The notes under the pieces: model-generated
Told to the model about the DNA's origin: nothing
Seen by the model: the letters and a program-made list of their open reading frames with translations, nothing else
Database searches by the model: none
Assembly: GCA_963575745.1 (NCBI GenBank)
Contig: CAUYUJ010000036.1
Location: 1-64,000, forward strand
Source: Prorocentrum cordatum
Lineage: Eukaryota
Direction: 5' to 3'
DNA: 64,000 nt
Program-made: the position numbers and the translations under genes
Shown: one piece after another, positions 58,821 through 64,000 of the stretch
How positions within the stretch are numbered: position 1 is the stretch's first letter
Layout: each line of letters begins with the position of its first letter

Positions 58821-59003
58821 CCCAGAGATCCAACGCATTGAAAAAATCAAGACGGAGGTTTTATGCAAATTTCGGCCCCTAGGGGCCCTCGCTGGGCTTC
58901 GGGGCCGTCAAAAAGCGACTCAGGATGAGAAACCGGTCCTGGGGAATGGGTCGAGACTTCCGGGGGCACCGCATTGAAAAAATCACGACGTCGGATCTCT
59001 GGG
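58821..59003. mobile_element. CCCAGAG MITE, TSD AC, nested in a related element
   Basis: Splits ccccaggac|accggtt. Confidence 0.85.
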
Positions 59004-59121
59004 ACCGGTTCTTCGCCCCGAGCCGTTGCTGGACGGTCCCGAGGCACAGCCAGGGCCGCCTTTGTTTTTGTTTTCCGTTGCGTTGGACCAGTCTCTGCCC
59101 CCCCCTCCCCAGGGACACATA

Positions 59122-59305
59122 CCCAGACATCCGACGTCTCGATTTTTTCGAGACGCGGGCCCCCGACCTCCCGACCACTTCCCTGGGACCCGTTTCTCAT
59201 CCCGAGCCGCTTTTTGACGGCCCCGAGGCCCGGCGAGGGCCCCGAGAGGCCAAAAAATGATGCAAAACCTCCGTCTCGATTTTTTCGAGACGCCCGAAGT
59301 CTGGA
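59122..59305. mobile_element. CCCAGAC MITE
   Basis: Family TIR and core; flanks ta / ca. Confidence 0.8.
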
Positions 59306-60370
59306 CACACGCAGGTCGGAGGCGGCAGCAGCACGGGGGCCACGGTGCGCCCGCGCCGCGGCGACGCCGGCGCCTTCGGACGGCTTCCGGCACCGCGTGG
59401 GGCGCTCCGCCTCGAGCGCCGGCGGCCTCCCGACCGCGCACAGGACGCCGGCGCCGTCGGCCGGCTTCCGACACCGCGTGGGGGCGCTCCGCCTCTCGAC
59501 GGCCTTCCCACCGCGCAGCTCGCTCCCTGCCGCCCCACCTCCGGGCCACCGGCGGCGCCCGGCCTCGCACGCCCACGCTCTGGGGGCCGCGGCAGCGCGG
59601 CAGCGCGGCGCGGGCGGCCCGCCGCCACGCGCGCTGCAGCCCATCCGCCGATCCCCGACCGCCGATCCCCGAGCGCAGCTCGCCGATCGCCGACGAGGCG
59701 CCGCATCGCCGCATCGCCGGCCGCTCCGCCGCGGCTCGCGGCAGCCCGCCGCGAGGCCGCGCCGATCGCCGAGCGAACCGCCCATCTCCGAACCGATCGC
59801 CGAGGGAGCGCCGGATCGCCGGCCGCTCCGCAGCGGCTCGCGGCAGCCCGCCGCGAGGCCGCAGAGCGAGGCCATGCCCTCCGCGAGCCCCCGGGCCGGC
59901 GGGCGTGCTCGGCGGCCTCCGGCAGCCCTCGGCCAGCCTGGGCTGCCTCCGGCAGCCCTCGCCCTCGGCGGGCCTCCGCGGCCCTCGGCGACCGCCGGCA
60001 GCCGGCGGCGGCCATCTGCGGCCTCCGGCGGGTGAGCCGCAGCCAGCTCGAGCCGAGGCGGCTGCGGAGGGAGGACGGGGCCGGTCGGGGGATGACCGCG
60101 AGGGCCGTGGCTTTTTGGGGGGGGCGGGCTCTCGGCCCCTCTGGGGCCGTTGGAGCCGTCCAGAGGCCACCAGGAAGAGAGGAGGCGGAGGAGGAGGAGG
60201 AGGAGGAGGAGGAGGAGGAGGAGGAGGAGGCGGAGGAGGAGGAGGAGGCGGAGGAGGAGGAGAAGTAGGAGCAGATGGAGGAGGAGGAGGAGGAGGAGGA
60301 GGAGGAGGAGGAGGAGGAGGAGGAGGATGCGGATGCGGAGGCGGAGGAGGATCGAGGAGGAGGAGCAGGA

Positions 60371-61033
60371 GGACCAGTGTAAACCCAAGACGCGTCAGAG
60401 ATGTTGCAATAAACCCTCCCCAAAGTTCCCTCTTCATAAATCCCTACGAGAATTTGTTTTCATGGCGGTAAGCGCACCATTGGAGCACAACCGCTCTAGC
60501 ATCCTCAACCATGTCGGGAAACACCGCTACTGGGACTTCAGCGCCGGCAATCAACGTGGCTTCTGCGTCCTGACATCCCGAATCGTGCCAAAACACCGTA
60601 TTTGGGACTTCAACACAACGAATGAGCGTGACTGCTGCGTCCTGAAGATCCGAGATCGCACCGAAAAACTCCATTCCTGGGACTTCAACTATATAGACTC
60701 TTTACGCGCTCGCCAACTTCACAACGAATTCACGGGGCGCTACAGCGAGAGCCGCATTTTGGAGAACCGCCCTCAACCCGTGACAAAACTTAAGCAAAGG
60801 CGCGGCGGTTAGGCGAGCTACATCTTGAAAGCCGCCCGCCCACCACCCGCAAAGCTGCTGCAAGGTTTCAAAATGAATGCGCGCGGCGCTAAAGCAAGAG
60901 CCACATCTGGAATCAACCCGCCCTCCATCCCAACCCTGTTGTAGACTTCATGCTTCAGGATTGAAAAAATAAAGAAGTCTCAGGCGAAACGCCTGCTTCG
61001 CCATGCCCACACGTCTTGGGGTGCGACAGGGAG
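60371..61033 (-). mobile_element. (CCT)n-flanked composite element, copy 4
   Basis: ggaccagtgtaaacccaaga ... ggggtgcgacagggag. Confidence 0.75.
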
Positions 61034-61123
61034 GAGTTTTTGATAAGGAGAAGGGATGGAATGGGAGGAGGAGGTGGAGGAGGATGAGGAAAAGGAGGAG
61101 GAGGAGGAGGCGGAGGAGGAGGA

Positions 61124-61808
61124 GGACCAGTGTAAACCTAAGAGTCATCAACGATGTTGGAATAAACCCTCCCACCAGACTCCCTCCTCATAGGCCCCTA
61201 CAACGGTTCAGTTCCACTAACGGCACTGCCTGGTTCGAAGACAATGTTTGAAGGTCCTGAAACATGCCAGAGCATTGTTCTCGGGATTCCAACGCCACGG
61301 ATCAACCTGACTGATGCGTCTTGACAATCCTGAATCGTGCAAGGACGCCGTTCCTGGGATATCAACACCACGAACGAACGTAACTGTTGCACCCTCATAA
61401 TCCAGAACCGATCCCAAACACAAGTTCTGATACGCTGATCATGGGAACCCGTGAAGCTCTTGCATATTGGTTTTGAAAAGAATGCGCGCGGCACTAAGGC
61501 GAGAACCGCATTTTGAAAAGGAACCGCCCTCAATCCTTGACCTCCTTCAAATTTTGAAGGCGAATGCACGCGGCGCTAAGGGGAGAGCCACATGTTGAAA
61601 ACGATTCGCCCTCAATCCGTGACAATCTTGCAATGTTTAAACAAATATGCGCGGCGCCAGAGCGAGAGTTACATGGTGAAAACGACCCGCCCTCTATCTG
61701 TGAAGCTGTTGCAACTCTTTAACCTTCAGGGTCACCAATGGTGAGGAAGTCTCAAGCGAAACACCTGGCCCGCCCTAAAACTGGCCTCGGGGTGCGACAA
61801 GGAGAAAT
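61124..61808 (-). mobile_element. (CCT)n-flanked composite element, copy 5 (head-to-tail with copy 4)
   Basis: ggaccagtgtaaacctaaga ... ggggtgcgacaaggagaa. Confidence 0.75.
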
Positions 61809-62399
61809 TATGAGCAAGGACAAGGAATGGAAGAGGGTAGGATGAGTAGGAGTAGGAGGAGTAGGAGGAGTAGGAGGAGGAGGAAGAAGAAGAAGAGGAA
61901 GAAAAGGAGGAGGACGAAGAGGAGGCGGGGTGAAATTGGCCCAGGGCCAATCCGAGACGGAACTGGCACTTTGGCACCCTCGCCCCCGGTGCAGAGCCAC
62001 CGCATCTGCGGGCCGTGGGCTATCTGCATGCAAGCCCACCCTGGGAACACTGCGGCGACGGCGACGGCGACGGCGACAGCAGCGGCGACGAGCCGGCGCC
62101 ACCGCCACCCTCGGCGCCCCCCGCGGGCGCGAGCGCAGCCCCGCGGGCGGGCAGACCCATGGCGGCCAGCGCATGGGCCTGATCGAAACCATCGCCGCCG
62201 CCGCCGTTGTCGCCACCGTCGTCGCCGACGCCGCCGCTGTAGTCGGCACCATCGCTGTGCCCTCCTCGTCATCCCCCCCATCCCCGTGTCAATCGCGCTC
62301 AGCTTGCCTAGATGCTGTCGGCCATCCCTGAGGCCGGCGGGCAAGAGGAAGTCTGGGTCCGAGCCCTGCGTCTGGGAGTTCTGTCGGTGAAGACCTCGA

Positions 62400-62653
62400 G
62401 TAAGCTGGGCACGCTTTAGGCTCTTCTCGGTGGTAAGATATGGCCACCAGCTCGCGAGGTGGAGCTTGGCTATGCGAGCGGCAGCAAGTGTGATTTCTGC
62501 AGCGAGGCTGAGGGTACGCTTGGCCACCATTGGTACGATTTGAATAAGCTTTGGAAGGCCAGTGAGGACCCCGAGGTAGAGCCCCTCATGCCCGACTGCT
62601 GGATTGAAGCTCGTGGTCTTCGTCCTGACTTCGACGGTCTTAAGCTGGCGTAA
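62400..62653 (+). pseudogene. Decayed LINE ORF2 fragment (post-RT zinc finger)
   Basis: LLGGKIWPPAREVELGYASGSKCDFCSEAEGTLGHHWY aligns with VFAGGMWTEDRLVQHGFESTGLCPLCSQPDSIHHRLW of the intact LINE. Confidence 0.7.
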
Positions 62654-63050
62654 GGAATCTCCCTCTTCACTCCAGTCCCAGCCCACTAGGGCGGAGGAGG
62701 CCTCCTCCTCCTCCTCCTCCACCTCCTCCTCCTCTTCCTCCTCTCCTCCTCTCCTCCTCCTCCTCCTCCTCCTCCTCCTCTCTCCTCCTCTCCTCCTCCT
62801 CCCTCTACATCCTCCTCCTCCTCCTCCTCCTCCTCCTCCTCCTCCTCCTCCTCCTCCTCCTCCTCTCCTCCTCTCCCTCCTCCTCCTCCTCCTCCTCCTC
62901 TGGGGCTTCTGGTTGCACACCGAGGGCCTCGCTGCGGGCCCCACTCCCGCCCCCCCCCGGCGCCCCTCAGAGTGGCACGCCACCGGGCGCAGCCGCGTGG
63001 CGCAGGCCAGACCACTGCTCTCCGCCTGGGACGCAGGGGAGGCAGAGGAG

Positions 63051-63234
63051 CCCAGAGATCCAACGCATTGAAAAAATCAAGACGGAGGTTTCATGCAAAG
63101 TTCGGCCCCTAGGGGCCCTCGCCGGGCTTCGGGGCCGTCAAAAAACGACTCAGGAGGAGAAACCGGTCCTGGGGAATGGGTCGAGACTTCCGGGGACACC
63201 GAGTTGAAAAAAAAAACGACGTCGGATCTCTGGG
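63051..63234. mobile_element. CCCAGAG MITE, TSD AG
   Basis: Near-identical to the 58821 copy. Confidence 0.85.
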
Positions 63235-63629
63235 AGCAGGAAGAGGAGAAGGCGGAGGCGGAGGCCGCCAGGCCGTCCTGCCAGCGACGGCGACTCCGCC
63301 GCATGCCAGGCCTGAGTCCCCTCACGGCCCCCCACGGCCGCAGCTCTCACCAGGCCACCGCACCATCTCCCTCTGGGCGCTCTCGGGGGCGCCCGAGAGG
63401 GGGGCGTCCAAGAGGGGGGGGCGCACATCTTGGCCGGCGGCATGTGAGCGGCCCAGGGGGGGGGGGCCAGGGACGCACTGACAGGAGAAGAGGCGCCAGG
63501 AAATCTGGGGAGATACCGTGGCCCCGCCATTATATCCACCCCCCCCAGCCATCACCCCCCTCTTGGCCGCCCCCGACGATCGCCGCGCACCTGATCCACA
63601 CCACGTAGGATCGACCTCCGACCCGCCCT

Positions 63630-63817
63630 CCCAGACATCCGACGTCTCGATGTTTCCGAGACGCGGGCCCCGGACTTCCCGACCACTTCCCTGGGACCGG
63701 TCCGGTTTTTCATCCCGAGTCGTTTTTTGACGGTCCCGAGGCCCAGCGAGGGCCCCGAGAGGCCAAAAACTATGAACGACCTTTGCCTCGATTTTTCCGA
63801 GACGCCCGATGTCTGGG
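63630..63817. mobile_element. CCCAGAC MITE, TSD CT
   Basis: Family TIR and core. Confidence 0.85.
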
Positions 63818-64000
63818 CTTGGACCCCCGGGGGCCTGCGGGAGACGGCCCCCGCCCAGGGCCGACACGCCGGGTGGCGGACACCAGGGCCTCGAGCTGCG
63901 CGCGCGCGAGCGCTGCGCTCTCCCTGCCGCGCGCCCTGGCCAGGGCAATTTGCGACTCGATCTGGCATGCGGCTTCCGTGCCCCCACGTTCCCAGACCCC

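Noticed and set aside
59330..60070. Overlapping 300-500-aa ORFs in all frames
   Set aside because: Extremely GC-rich degenerate repeats lacking stop codons; no recognisable domain.
62966..63372. Candidate upstream exons of the CRD gene (63025-62966 and ~63370-63278)
   Set aside because: Acceptors are plausible but frame and donors cannot be fixed without transcripts.

Overview
Repeat-saturated, GC-rich eukaryotic DNA. It is most likely dinoflagellate (inferred from GA/GC splice donors, AG|G acceptors, alveolin-like repeats and co-oriented host genes). Almost all of the supplied ORF track is microsatellite noise. Supported content: (1) micro-exons of two minus-strand host genes, an alveolin/IMC-like VEVP-repeat protein (exons 23331-23284, 7624-7550, 2865-2797) and a Frizzled-type Cys-rich domain protein (57745-~57698, 57066-56986, 48586-48527, 42476-~42356), with most junctions joining in frame across kb-scale introns; (2) an apparently intact ~6.1-kb LINE (Zn-finger ORF1; APE-RT-Zn-RNase H ORF2) embedded in (CCT)n, plus several decayed LINE fragments; (3) several non-autonomous element families: ~19 CCCAGA..TCTGGG MITEs (10 with clean 2-bp TSDs), two further TIR families, Helentron-like elements and a ~650-bp (CCT)n-flanked element; (4) an intronless DUF3987-like P-loop ATPase cut by an assembly gap, and a decayed CRESS-type Rep-like ORF; (5) structural oddities, chiefly an array of 20 covarying stem-loops (18 with GNRA caps) followed by an A-rich tail (29927-30890), an inverted 8-mer satellite pair and a 155-bp palindrome. 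All calls were made by eye; no database searches were run.
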